Origin: Candidatus Moranbacteria bacterium GW2011_GWE1_49_15
GTDB lineage: Bacteria > Patescibacteriota > Minisyncoccia > Moranbacterales > GWC2-37-73
Assembly: GCA_001003855.1 (NCBI GenBank)
Contig: LCPX01000013.1
Coordinates: 1 to 47,040, forward strand
Direction of reading: 5' to 3'
Length of the DNA: 47,040 nt
Of this stretch, positions 9,770 through 21,121 are shown one piece after another; position 1 is the stretch's first letter, and the number at the start of each line of letters is the position of its first letter. The position numbers were made by a program, and so were the translations under genes. Below the pieces are notes generated by a model. That model did no database searches. It saw only the letters and a program-made list of their open reading frames with translations, and was not told the DNA's origin.

Positions 9770-11479
9770 ATGGCTTTGGATACGAGCGTCACAACTGAAA
9801 AAAACGACATCCAAGCGGGTTCCAACGGCGACGTAGCGGGTGATCCGCAAAAAAGAGCCGAAACGTTGGGTATGCCTTATTTGGATAAGATACCTAAGGC
9901 GAAAAGGGAGGCCCTTAGGATAGTTTCGGAAGAGCTGGCCAAGAAATATAAGATGGCCGCTTTTGAAAAAACCGGCAACACTGCCAAGGTCTGCATGGTC
10001 GAGCCGGAAAACTTCGAGGCACTGAACGTCTTGAGGTTCATTTCGGAAAACACCAAATTGGAATTCGAGGTATATCTCACTTCCAAAGAGATTTTCGATG
10101 AGATATTGGAGCAATACAGCGAGAATGCGGAAAAAGCCGTCGAAGACGCGGTGAAATCCCTGAAGGAGGACAAGATTTTCGATGACGATAGCGATGACGC
10201 GAAAGAATTCGGAAAAGCCAAGGAGGAAACCATCCAGGACGCTCCCGTCACGAAACTTCTGAGCGTCATCATAAAGCACGCGATCGAAGGCAAGGCGAGC
10301 GATATACATATAGAACCGGTGGATAAGGATTACCGGGTCAGGTTCAGGGTGGACGGAGTGTTGCATTCCTCGTTGGTCGCCCCCAAGGAAGTCGGAAGGG
10401 CGGTCGTTTCAAGGATTAAAATCCTTTCGAATCTCAAGATAGATGAAAAAAGGAAGCCCCAGGACGGAAGGTTCAAGGTCGTCGAGGGTGGTAAGAGGGT
10501 GGATTTCCGCGTGTCCACTTTTCCGGTGGTGGATGGGGAGAAGGTTGTTATGCGTCTTTTGGATAAGGACAATAAGGACGTCAACATAGACTCTTTGGGA
10601 CTGATGGGGAAGAGCCGGGAGATCCTGGAAAGGAACATCAGATCACCTTACGGTATCATCCTGATAACCGGGCCGACCGGAAGCGGAAAATCGACCACTT
10701 TGTATTCCTTTTTGCAGATATTGAACGGCGAGGAACGGAACATAGTCACTTTGGAGGATCCGGTGGAATATTCCATCGAGGGCATCAACCAAAGCCAAGT
10801 CAAACCGGAAATAGGCTATACTTTCGCGAACGGTCTCCGCTCCATTCTTAGGCAGGACCCCAATGTTATTATGGTCGGGGAAATCCGTGACGGCGAAACG
10901 GCCGAGCTCACCATCCATGCCGCCTTGACCGGACATCTAGTTTTCTCCACTTTGCATACCAACAGTTCCATCGGAGCGATACCTCGGCTTATCGATATGG
11001 GCATAGAGGCTTTTCTTCTGTCCTCGTCGCTGCAGGTAGTGGCCGCGCAGCGCCTCGTGAGAAGAATTTGCGACAAATGCAAGGAAGAGGACCGCATACC
11101 GCATGCTGTTTTGGAAAATATGAAAGAAGAAATCAGCAAGATAGACAAGGATGAGTTGAAAAAATACGGGATCGACGCCGATAAGGAACTGAAATTCCAG
11201 CACGGCAAGGGGTGCGAGGTGTGCGGAGAAACCGGATATAAAGGACGGGTCGCCATATACGAGGCGCTGGAAGTGGACGACGAGCTCAAAGAAATCATAT
11301 CTGAAAAGGACGGAGGAGAGACGTACGTTTCGGAGTATGCCGCAAAAAACGGGATGATAACCATCAGGCAGGACGGCATACTCAAAGCCTTGCTTGGATT
11401 TACGACCCTGTCCGAGGTCGAAAGGGTGACCAAGGGCAGCCTTTCCATCGGTGGGGATACCGATGACGACAAGGGATAA
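9770..11479 (+). CDS. pilB: type IV pilus assembly ATPase PilB (GspE family)
   Basis: 569 aa. Walker A GPTGSGKST, the GspE-type N-terminal domain and a tetracysteine motif (CDKC...CEVC). Confidence 0.92.
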   Translation: MALDTSVTTEKNDIQAGSNGDVAGDPQKRAETLGMPYLDKIPKAKREALRIVSEELAKKYKMAAFEKTGNTAKVCMVEPENFEALNVLRFISENTKLEFEVYLTSKEIFDEILEQYSENAEKAVEDAVKSLKEDKIFDDDSDDAKEFGKAKEETIQDAPVTKLLSVIIKHAIEGKASDIHIEPVDKDYRVRFRVDGVLHSSLVAPKEVGRAVVSRIKILSNLKIDEKRKPQDGRFKVVEGGKRVDFRVSTFPVVDGEKVVMRLLDKDNKDVNIDSLGLMGKSREILERNIRSPYGIILITGPTGSGKSTTLYSFLQILNGEERNIVTLEDPVEYSIEGINQSQVKPEIGYTFANGLRSILRQDPNVIMVGEIRDGETAELTIHAALTGHLVFSTLHTNSSIGAIPRLIDMGIEAFLLSSSLQVVAAQRLVRRICDKCKEEDRIPHAVLENMKEEISKIDKDELKKYGIDADKELKFQHGKGCEVCGETGYKGRVAIYEALEVDDELKEIISEKDGGETYVSEYAAKNGMITIRQDGILKALLGFTTLSEVERVTKGSLSIGGDTDDDKG

Positions 11480-11497
11480 TTTCTAATTTTTACAAAA

Positions 11498-11875
11498 ATG
11501 GCCGAAGGAAAAAAGAAAATATTGTTAGTGGAGGACGATGTGTTCATCAGGGACATATACGAAACCAAACTTTCACAGGAAAATTTCGAAGTGGTCATGG
11601 CCGAGAACGGAATCGATGCGCTCAAGAAATTGGAAAATTTCGTGCCGGACATTGTCCTGCTGGATATCGTCATGCCCTATATGGACGGCATGGATTTCCT
11701 TAAGGAATTCAAGAAGAACGAGAACTGGAAAAATATCCCGATAATAATGCTCTCCAACCTTTCGGACAAGGAAAGGGTCACCGAGGCGATGAAGCAAGGA
11801 GTGAACGATTACCTTATAAAATCGCATTTCACTCCGAGCGAAGTGGTGGAGAAGATAAACGCTTTGTTGCAATGA
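11498..11875 (+). CDS. stand-alone response-regulator receiver domain (CheY-like)
   Basis: KILLVEDD...LLDIVMPYMDG...K signature in 125 aa, with no output domain. Confidence 0.85.
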   Translation: MAEGKKKILLVEDDVFIRDIYETKLSQENFEVVMAENGIDALKKLENFVPDIVLLDIVMPYMDGMDFLKEFKKNENWKNIPIIMLSNLSDKERVTEAMKQGVNDYLIKSHFTPSEVVEKINALLQ

Positions 11876-11993
11876 AATTTTCTGTTATAATAATCACAGA
11901 ACGCGACACGGTTGGAAAAAATAAATAAAAAAATAAAAATTCGTCCCATTGGATCCTGCCGAGTAGGGATTCCGCCAAGCGGGGCTTTCGAAA

Positions 11994-13073
11994 ATGACCA
12001 TAGAACATAGCGAGCAAAAAATAAAAAACCTGCTTAGGATTGTCGCCCAGCAAAACGCTTCCGATCTCCATTTGGTGGTGGGCAGATATCCGACCATCAG
12101 GTTGGACGGCAAACTGATCCCCCTCTCGCAAGAGAACATCCTTTCCATCGAGGAAACCAAGGCGCTCAGCGACGTCATCATGAGCGAAGACAACAAGAAG
12201 GAACTCATGGAAAAAGGCCAGGTGGATTTTTCCTACAATTTCGACGACAAGGCGAGGTTCAGGGTCAACGTTTTTTTCCAAAAGGGAAATGTCAGTTTGG
12301 CGATGCGTCTCGTGACCGGAAGGATCAGGAATTTGGAAGAATTGAATTTGCCGTCGATGCTCTATGAATTCACCAAATATACGCAGGGTCTCCTATTGGT
12401 GACAGGTCCAGTGGGACACGGAAAATCCACGACCTCCGCGGCCCTTTTGGATTACATCAACCACAACGAAAACAAGCACATCGTCACCATCGAGGACCCG
12501 ATAGAATATCTATACGAACAGGACAGGTGCCTCATCAACCAGAGGGAAGTCGGCAGGGACACGCATTCTTTCAGCGAGGGCTTGCGCGCGGTGTTCAGGG
12601 AGGACGCCAACGTCGTGCTCATCGGAGAGCTCCGCGACCTCGACACGATCAGCACCGCCATGACGGCGGCGGAAACCGGACATTTGATCGTGGCCACTTT
12701 GCACACCAATTCGGCGGCCCAGACGATCGACCGTATCGTGGACGTCTTTCCGGCGCACCAACAGAACCAGGTGAGGTCGCAGCTAGCTAGCGTCCTTTTG
12801 GGAGTGGTCTCGCAAAGGCTCATCCCGAAGGTGGGGGGAGGACGCGTTCCGGCTTTGGAAATAATGATAAAAAACAGCGCCATAGAGAATCTCATCAGGG
12901 AAAACAAATCATATCAGATAGATTCGGTCATCGAGACGAGCCTCAAGGACGGGATGGTTTCCTTGGACAAGTCCTTGGCCAGCTTGGTGCAGCGCGGCGT
13001 GATAACGGCGGACGACGCTTTCATTTATGCCGAGAATAGGGAATATTTCCAGATGCTCATCAGCAAGAAATAA
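11994..13073 (+). CDS. pilT: twitching-motility (pilus retraction) ATPase PilT
   Basis: 359 aa. Walker A GPVGHGKST and the ASDLHL N-terminal motif typical of PilT. Confidence 0.9.
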   Translation: MTIEHSEQKIKNLLRIVAQQNASDLHLVVGRYPTIRLDGKLIPLSQENILSIEETKALSDVIMSEDNKKELMEKGQVDFSYNFDDKARFRVNVFFQKGNVSLAMRLVTGRIRNLEELNLPSMLYEFTKYTQGLLLVTGPVGHGKSTTSAALLDYINHNENKHIVTIEDPIEYLYEQDRCLINQREVGRDTHSFSEGLRAVFREDANVVLIGELRDLDTISTAMTAAETGHLIVATLHTNSAAQTIDRIVDVFPAHQQNQVRSQLASVLLGVVSQRLIPKVGGGRVPALEIMIKNSAIENLIRENKSYQIDSVIETSLKDGMVSLDKSLASLVQRGVITADDAFIYAENREYFQMLISKK

Positions 13074-13077
13074 TAAT

Positions 13078-13175
13078 CAAGTTATAAGGTTCCTGAAGTG
13101 AAAAGTTCGTAAAGTTGAATTTTGAAAAGCCTTTGGCTTTATAAACTTTATAGACTTTATAGGCTTTATGAACTC
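13078..13175. repeat. intergenic word-repeat spacer ending in 4 tandem 9-mers TTTATRRRC
   Basis: tttataaac tttatagac tttataggc tttatgaac at 13139..13174, directly before the pilC ATG. An inverted partner of TAAAGT words lies upstream. Confidence 0.7.
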
Positions 13176-14393
13176 ATGCGTATGAAATTTCATTTTCAAG
13201 CCAAAAATTCGGAAGGTGAGGTCAGGGAAGGGAAGATCGAGGCCGTGAGCAGGAACGAAGCTGCCATGTCTCTCCAGGAGAAAGGACTCATTCCGCTCGC
13301 ACTTGAAAAAGAGGACCAATCGATGGCGTTCCTTCGGGATATCGAAAGGATTTGGAACGGAGTGAGCCAGCAAGAGATGGCGGTTTTCTATAGGCAGTTC
13401 GCGACCCTCATCGATGCCAAGGTGACGATAGTCGTGGCGCTCAAGGCCATCGAAGAACAGACGGAGAATCGTTTCCTGGGATCCGTGCTCATCGAGATCA
13501 TTGAGGACGTGGAGGACGGAATGCCGCTTTCCGAAAGCATGGCCAGACACAAGGATGTTTTCTCGGCCCTTTCCATAAACATGATCAGGGCGGGGGAGAT
13601 TTCCGGAAACCTCCAAAAGTCCATAACTTTCATCGCTGACAATACGGAAAGGAATTACCAGTTGAATTCGAAAATTAAATCAGCCCTGATGTATCCAGGA
13701 TTCGTGGTTTCGGCGGCGATCATCATCGGTTTCATCGTTTTCACAGTCGTCCTTCCGAAGCTGACGAAGATTTTCGGGGACATGAACGTGGAAATCCCAT
13801 GGTATACTAAACTCATCATGGAGACTGGAAATTTCATGCAGTCGTTCTGGTGGGCCGTCCTTATGGTGATGCTGGGCGCTGTGGTGGGAGCCTTCTATTA
13901 CCTCAAGACCGACGCCGGTTCCGAGGAGTTCGACCATATCAAGCTCAACCTTCCGATTTTGAAAAGGCTCTTTAAATTCATTTACATTTCGAGATTCTCC
14001 GAGAATTTGGGAGTGTTGTTGGCAGGTGGTATTCCGATAGTGAAAGCTTTGATGATCGTGGGAGACGTAGTGGATAACAGCGTGTATAGGAGGATCATCC
14101 TGCGGGCGGCCGAGGAGGTGAAAACGGGAGGGACGATGAGTACGGTTTTCGCCAGATATGAAGAATTTCCGCCGATCCTTTCCAAGATGATAAAAGTCGG
14201 AGAGGAGACGGGAAAGATAAGCGAAGTGCTCAAAAACATTTCCGCATTCTATGACCAGGAGATAGACAGGATGGCCAAGAACATGACGGCGCTGATCGAA
14301 CCGGTATTGATAGTCTTTCTGGGATTGGGTGTGGCCGTGCTGGTGTTCGCGATATTGATGCCGATATACTCCATTACCAACCAGATCCAGTAA
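13176..14393 (+). CDS. pilC: type IV pilus platform protein PilC (GspF family)
   Basis: Two GspF-like repeats and TM segments. The start is moved to ATG 13176, because the ORF-track extension (LYKLYRLYRLYEL) is a translated tandem repeat. Confidence 0.9.
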   Translation: MRMKFHFQAKNSEGEVREGKIEAVSRNEAAMSLQEKGLIPLALEKEDQSMAFLRDIERIWNGVSQQEMAVFYRQFATLIDAKVTIVVALKAIEEQTENRFLGSVLIEIIEDVEDGMPLSESMARHKDVFSALSINMIRAGEISGNLQKSITFIADNTERNYQLNSKIKSALMYPGFVVSAAIIIGFIVFTVVLPKLTKIFGDMNVEIPWYTKLIMETGNFMQSFWWAVLMVMLGAVVGAFYYLKTDAGSEEFDHIKLNLPILKRLFKFIYISRFSENLGVLLAGGIPIVKALMIVGDVVDNSVYRRIILRAAEEVKTGGTMSTVFARYEEFPPILSKMIKVGEETGKISEVLKNISAFYDQEIDRMAKNMTALIEPVLIVFLGLGVAVLVFAILMPIYSITNQIQ

Positions 14394-14659
14394 GGTTTCC
14401 CGGTTTTCCAAAACAAAGACAAATGATTGTTTAAATAAAATAAAAATTTCCTTTAAAACCGAGGTTCGCTCCGAAAAAAGAAGATTCCGTAAAAATCACA
14501 AAATAGCCTACCGGCAAAAGGTCGTAGGCATGGAATTCTGCCTGTGACCGTTTCCCCAAAGGGGGAATGGTCGAGGGCTAATATACATGAATTTCACGGA
14601 AATTCCCGATTCGGAAAAAATCTCAAGTTTTATCGGATAACGAGAAAGGAGGTGCTAAT

Positions 14660-15085
14660 ATGAAAAAAACACAAAAAGGTTTCACGCTGATCGAGCTTTT
14701 GATCGTTATCGCGATCATCGGTATCTTGGCGTCCATCGTCTTGGTGAGCTTGAGCTCGGCCAGAAACAGAGCGAATAGGGCTTCCGCCCTTTCGACCGCT
14801 GCTTCTGCTATGCCCGAACTTATAACTTGCTTGGATGACGCCGGATTTGGTATCACAGGAGCCGCTCAAACGGCAAGTACTACATACATATGTTGTGGGG
14901 CTGCTGCGTGCGCAGGAAATACCGCTAAGACTGGGCACAGCGTAACATGGCCAAGTTTGGGAAATACTGGCTGGGCATATGTCGCTCCAACCGGAACTTT
15001 GGCTGGAAACGACTATCAATATACGCTGACGAAAACAGGCGAAACAACGATTACCTGTAATGTGGGTACACAAGTTTGTAGCTAG
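14660..15085 (+). CDS. pilA: type IV pilin (prepilin with class III signal peptide)
   Basis: MKKTQKGFTLIELLIVIAIIGILA cleavage/methylation motif, a strong SD (AAAGGAGG) and a Cys-rich C-terminus. Confidence 0.9.
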   Translation: MKKTQKGFTLIELLIVIAIIGILASIVLVSLSSARNRANRASALSTAASAMPELITCLDDAGFGITGAAQTASTTYICCGAAACAGNTAKTGHSVTWPSLGNTGWAYVAPTGTLAGNDYQYTLTKTGETTITCNVGTQVCS

Positions 15086-15179
15086 TTTCAGTTTCTTTTG
15101 CCTGCTGACAATTTGTCGGCAGGTAGGTTGAGACTGTAATGACTGCAGATTATTCATTTAAGATTTAAAAAATTAAAAA

Positions 15180-15595
15180 ATGAAAAGAGCGTTTACACTG
15201 ATCGAACTTCTGATGGTTATCGCGATAATCGCCATTTTGGCGAGCGTCATCACCGTCTCACTTAATGCCAGCAAGAACAGGGCGATTACAGCTTCGCTCA
15301 GATCGAGTTTGCAAAGCAGTGTCGGGACATAGGCGCCTCGTTGAACACCGGACCTTTTCCGGTCAATAGCGGAACCCCCATTTGCCAGAGTTCCCTAATC
15401 GTCGGAAACCTTCCTCAGTCCGATGAGTGCGGAAGCGGGGCGGCCAATACGCGTTATACGATCACCAATTCGGGAACGGATAATTGGCAGTTGACATTGA
15501 GCACGTGCACCGCCAGCACTCTTTGTAACGGAGCCGCCAATGCGTATTGTAATATAAACGGGTGCGTTTTCCCTGCGGCGGGTACTTGTAAATAA
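15180..15595 (+). pseudogene. second pilin paralog split by a frameshift
   Basis: ATG 15180 encodes MKRAFTLIELLMVIAIIAILA... and stops at TAG 15330. The Cys-rich C-terminal part continues in the frame of ORF 15341..15595, which is open from 15266. Confidence 0.75.
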
Positions 15596-15610
15596 TTTTA
15601 GACAAAACGG

Positions 15611-16408
15611 ATGACATTCATATTCTTGATCTTGGGGCTCATAATCGGGAGCTTCCTCAACGCCGTCATCTATAGGCTTAACGCGGTCGAGTCGCTTTGG
15701 GAGCGCTCGCATTGCCCGACTTGCAAAAAGAAGGTCCGCTGGCATGACAACGTGCCGTTGCTTTCTTTCGTGCTGCTCAGCGCCAAGTGCCGCGACTGCG
15801 GGGAAAGGATTTCCTGGAGCTATCCGGCCGTCGAGCTTTCGACCGGAATCCTGTTCGCCTTGGTCGGAAAATATTTTTTCGTTTTGGAAAACTCTTTAAC
15901 TTACTTGCCGACGATTTTTTATCTGGTCATCTTCTCGCTGCTCGTCATTATTTTCATGTACGACCTCAAATTCATGGAAATCCCGATGCTCATCCTCTGG
16001 TTGGCGGTGGGCGCTACGGTCGCTTTCTATCTGGCGATGGATTGGAGCGCGTTCGGTTCGGCCACCGGTATCTTTTCCTTGAACATCTTCTCCGGGGCGC
16101 TGGCGGGAATCGTCGCTTTCGCCTTTTTCTTCTCGTTGGCGCATTTTTCTAAAGAAACTTGGATGGGATATGGAGATGCCTATGTCGGGCTTTTGGCGGG
16201 CCTTTTGGTCGGTTGGCCGAATATATTCATCGCCTTGATGCTGGCTTTTACTAGCGGGGCGCTCGTCGGAACCGCGCTTATCTTCATGAAAAAAAAGACC
16301 ATGAAGAGCCAGGTTCCGTTCGCGCCTTTCTTGGTCATCGGCGTGCTGCTCACCTTGCTTTTGCCCAAGATGTTTCCGCAACTGGGTTTTTTCCTGTTTT
16401 ATTTCTAA
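15611..16408 (+). CDS. pilD: prepilin peptidase / N-methyltransferase PilD (A24 family)
   Basis: CPTCKKKVRWHDNVPLLSF...CRDCGERISWSYPAVEL zinc-finger motif and a polytopic membrane body. Confidence 0.9.
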   Translation: MTFIFLILGLIIGSFLNAVIYRLNAVESLWERSHCPTCKKKVRWHDNVPLLSFVLLSAKCRDCGERISWSYPAVELSTGILFALVGKYFFVLENSLTYLPTIFYLVIFSLLVIIFMYDLKFMEIPMLILWLAVGATVAFYLAMDWSAFGSATGIFSLNIFSGALAGIVAFAFFFSLAHFSKETWMGYGDAYVGLLAGLLVGWPNIFIALMLAFTSGALVGTALIFMKKKTMKSQVPFAPFLVIGVLLTLLLPKMFPQLGFFLFYF

Positions 16409-16432
16409 CGGTCATCCTGATTCAAAAGCGAT

Positions 16433-17062
16433 ATGGATATGGAAAAAAAAATCCGAAACGGGAAAGGCCGCCTGCCTGCCTCGCTGAAACTGGGACGAAG
16501 CGGGCCGGTAAGGCGGGGGTTTACGCTCATAGAGGTCTTGGTGGTCATTTTCATCATGATCTTGGCCATAGGTTTGACGTTGGCGTCTTTCAAGGATACG
16601 AAACCTTTGGATGAGGTGGAGGCCGCGGCCAGGGGAATAGCCGCTTCGATCAGGCAAGCCCAAAACAATTCCTTGACCGGCAAACAGCAGGTACACTCCG
16701 GAGTCCTTTCTAATATTTGCCGAAACGGCATCAGATGGACCAACTCTGCGGAAAGCGACAAGATCACTTTGGAAGGTTATTATGCGGTAAGCTCTGCTCC
16801 TTGTCCTGCGTTCAGCGGCATTTACGCGACCACCGTTTTTAAGAACGTCAAATTGAATGTCGTGGGATTGGCCGGCGGTGAGTACAAAGTTTCGTTCACG
16901 AGCCCCTTGGGTCAAGTGGAGTCGGGGGGATTCGCCCTGAACGCTTCGGTCCCCGCACAGTTCAAGATAGAATCCACGGCTAATAGCAATGTTTTCGCGT
17001 TGGTGTGCGTTTATCCTACCGGCAGGGTGGAGGAGTTTTCCAATCAGGCTAATTGTCCTTAG
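16433..17062 (+). CDS. minor pilin (prepilin-type N-terminal cleavage/methylation domain)
   Basis: RRGFTLIEVLVVIFIMILAIG motif. Confidence 0.8.
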   Translation: MDMEKKIRNGKGRLPASLKLGRSGPVRRGFTLIEVLVVIFIMILAIGLTLASFKDTKPLDEVEAAARGIAASIRQAQNNSLTGKQQVHSGVLSNICRNGIRWTNSAESDKITLEGYYAVSSAPCPAFSGIYATTVFKNVKLNVVGLAGGEYKVSFTSPLGQVESGGFALNASVPAQFKIESTANSNVFALVCVYPTGRVEEFSNQANCP

Positions 17063-17075
17063 ATTTTTAAGATAA

Positions 17076-17669
17076 ATGAAATCACGATCCATGGAAAAAA
17101 TGAAACCGTCCCGTTCGTCCGCATCATCGAAGTCGGCGCAAGGAGGGTCGGCAAAGAAAGGTTTCTCGTTGCTGGAGGTCCTCATGGCCCTTTTCGTGCT
17201 TTCCGTCGGAGTCACGGCGATGCTTTCGCTGATCACGACCTCCATAACGGCTTCCAACAGGTCCAAGAAAGCCATGGTGGCATCGCAATTGGCCCAGGAA
17301 GGTGTGGAGTTGGTGCGCAATATCAGGGATACCAATTTCATCCTTGGCAATCCGTCTTTCCAGGGTATAAGTAACGGGGCTTGCGGCTTGGACGTGTCCG
17401 CCCCCACTCTCAGTTGCGCGACGCCGACTTTCGGATTGAATTTGGTGAACGTTGCCGGTGTGAATTATTTCCTCCATTCAGGTGCGACACCTTCCGGTTT
17501 TTCCAGGAAGATTGCCATATTCGATTCCGGGACGGATAAGAAAATATTGAGCATAGTTTATTGGGGTTCCGGGTGGGCGGTACCACCGGCCGATAATGGA
17601 TCCGATTGCCAAGCGGGAAAAAATTGCGTTTATACGGAAGCGGTATTGACGACCTGGGGCGAGAATTAA
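17076..17669 (+). CDS. minor pilin, PilV-like
   Basis: KKGFSLLEVLMALFVLSVGVTAMLSL motif. Confidence 0.75.
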   Translation: MKSRSMEKMKPSRSSASSKSAQGGSAKKGFSLLEVLMALFVLSVGVTAMLSLITTSITASNRSKKAMVASQLAQEGVELVRNIRDTNFILGNPSFQGISNGACGLDVSAPTLSCATPTFGLNLVNVAGVNYFLHSGATPSGFSRKIAIFDSGTDKKILSIVYWGSGWAVPPADNGSDCQAGKNCVYTEAVLTTWGEN

Positions 17670-17699
17670 TTTTATCCGGATAATTTTTTTTGGAAGCAT

Positions 17700-18871
17700 A
17701 TGTCGATGCCTAAAATGATAAAAAATAAAAAGAAAGCCTTCTCTCTTTTGGAAGTAGTCATAGCCTTGTTCGTTTTTTCGCTTCTGGTGGCGACTCTGGC
17801 CAATGTCTATGTCGGATTTTTAAGCGCCCAGCAAAAGTCCAAAGAATCCCAGCGGAGTCTTGAAAGTTCCCAGACGGCCTTGAATATCTTGGCGAAAACT
17901 CTCAGGACCAGTAAGATCGTGGGCACTCCGACTGGGTCCCTGATGCGGGTCTTTGATTATTCCAGGGATACTGAAAAGTGTATGGAGTTTTCGGTCGCCT
18001 CGGAGAATCTGCTGATGGCGTCCTCCGCGGACGCGGACACCGATGAAAACCTTTGCGAGACGGCCGTCATGGGGGCGGCGACTTCCTTGATCGAGGGGCG
18101 TGTCATGGGTGGATTTTCCATATTGCCCTCGGAGGAAGGAGTCAGTGTTGGGAAGGCGGTCATTTCTTTCCAGCTTTGTCCGAAAGGAAGCGATGCCACG
18201 GCCTGCAATGTGGACGCTGCGGGCGTGATAACCGGAAACCCTATCAATATCCAGACGTCGGTCTCGCTCAGAAGCGGATTGGCAATGGCGGCAGCGATTC
18301 CGCCGGCCGCGACCTGTTCCGATGGTATCCAGAACGGGGATGAGACCGGAGTGGATTGCGGAGGTTCCTGTGGGGCATGCGCTCCGGTTGATACGACGCC
18401 GCCTTCCGTCCCGACGGGGCTGGCCGGTACGTTAGTTTCCATTATAAAAACGCCTCTTGGGAAAACACGTATAGTTTGAATTGGGCGGCATCAACGGACG
18501 ATACCGGGGTTGCCGGTTATAAAATATATAAGGATTTCAGTGGAACTATCGTGTCTGGGACTTCGGCGATAAATTCTTATAATTTGAAGACAGGATTTAA
18601 TATAGGGCAGATTTATGTCAGGGTTTCGGCTTACGATGCGGCCGGAAACGAAAGTGCACAAACCTCCCCGCTTATATTTTCCACGACCGGAGGATCTTGT
18701 CTTAATGTCCCAGTCGGCCTATTGAAATGTTACGATGAGTTTTATGATTGGAACGGAAGCTCTTTTACTCGTCACATTGTTGCAAATACGGAATCGGAAA
18801 TTATTGATGATTGTGAATATTATGGAATTCCCGATAACCATCCTTGTACGTATTCATCGTCAGGGTATTAG
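17700..18871 (+). pseudogene. minor pilin with Cys-knot module and C-terminal FN3-like domain, interrupted by a 1-nt frameshift
   Basis: KKAFSLLEVVIALFV prepilin motif. ORF 17700..18479 stops inside an FN3-like domain that continues in ORF 18476..18871 (NWAASTDDTGVAGYKIY...YVRVSAYDAAGNES). An A5 run lies at 18446..18450. Confidence 0.7.
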
Positions 18872-18900
18872 TTTCCAGGCGCGTTAATTGGGCACTCGAC

Positions 18901-21120
<2,220 letters not shown>

Positions 21121-21121
<1 letters not shown>

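Noticed and set aside
13122-13175. Upstream extension of pilC (MKSLWLYKLYRLYRLYEL)
   Set aside because: The peptide is a translation of the tandem 9-mers TTTATRRRC. The conserved PilC sequence starts at ATG 13176.
16412-17407. 331-aa minus-strand ORF across the minor pilin genes; similar ones at 35831..36823, 28216..29206, 10816..11673 and 22752..23567
   Set aside because: Each overlaps a plus-strand gene with clear family signatures (prepilin motifs, L25, CmpX-like, PilB, GatA). Their Arg/Ser/His-rich composition is typical of antisense reading frames.
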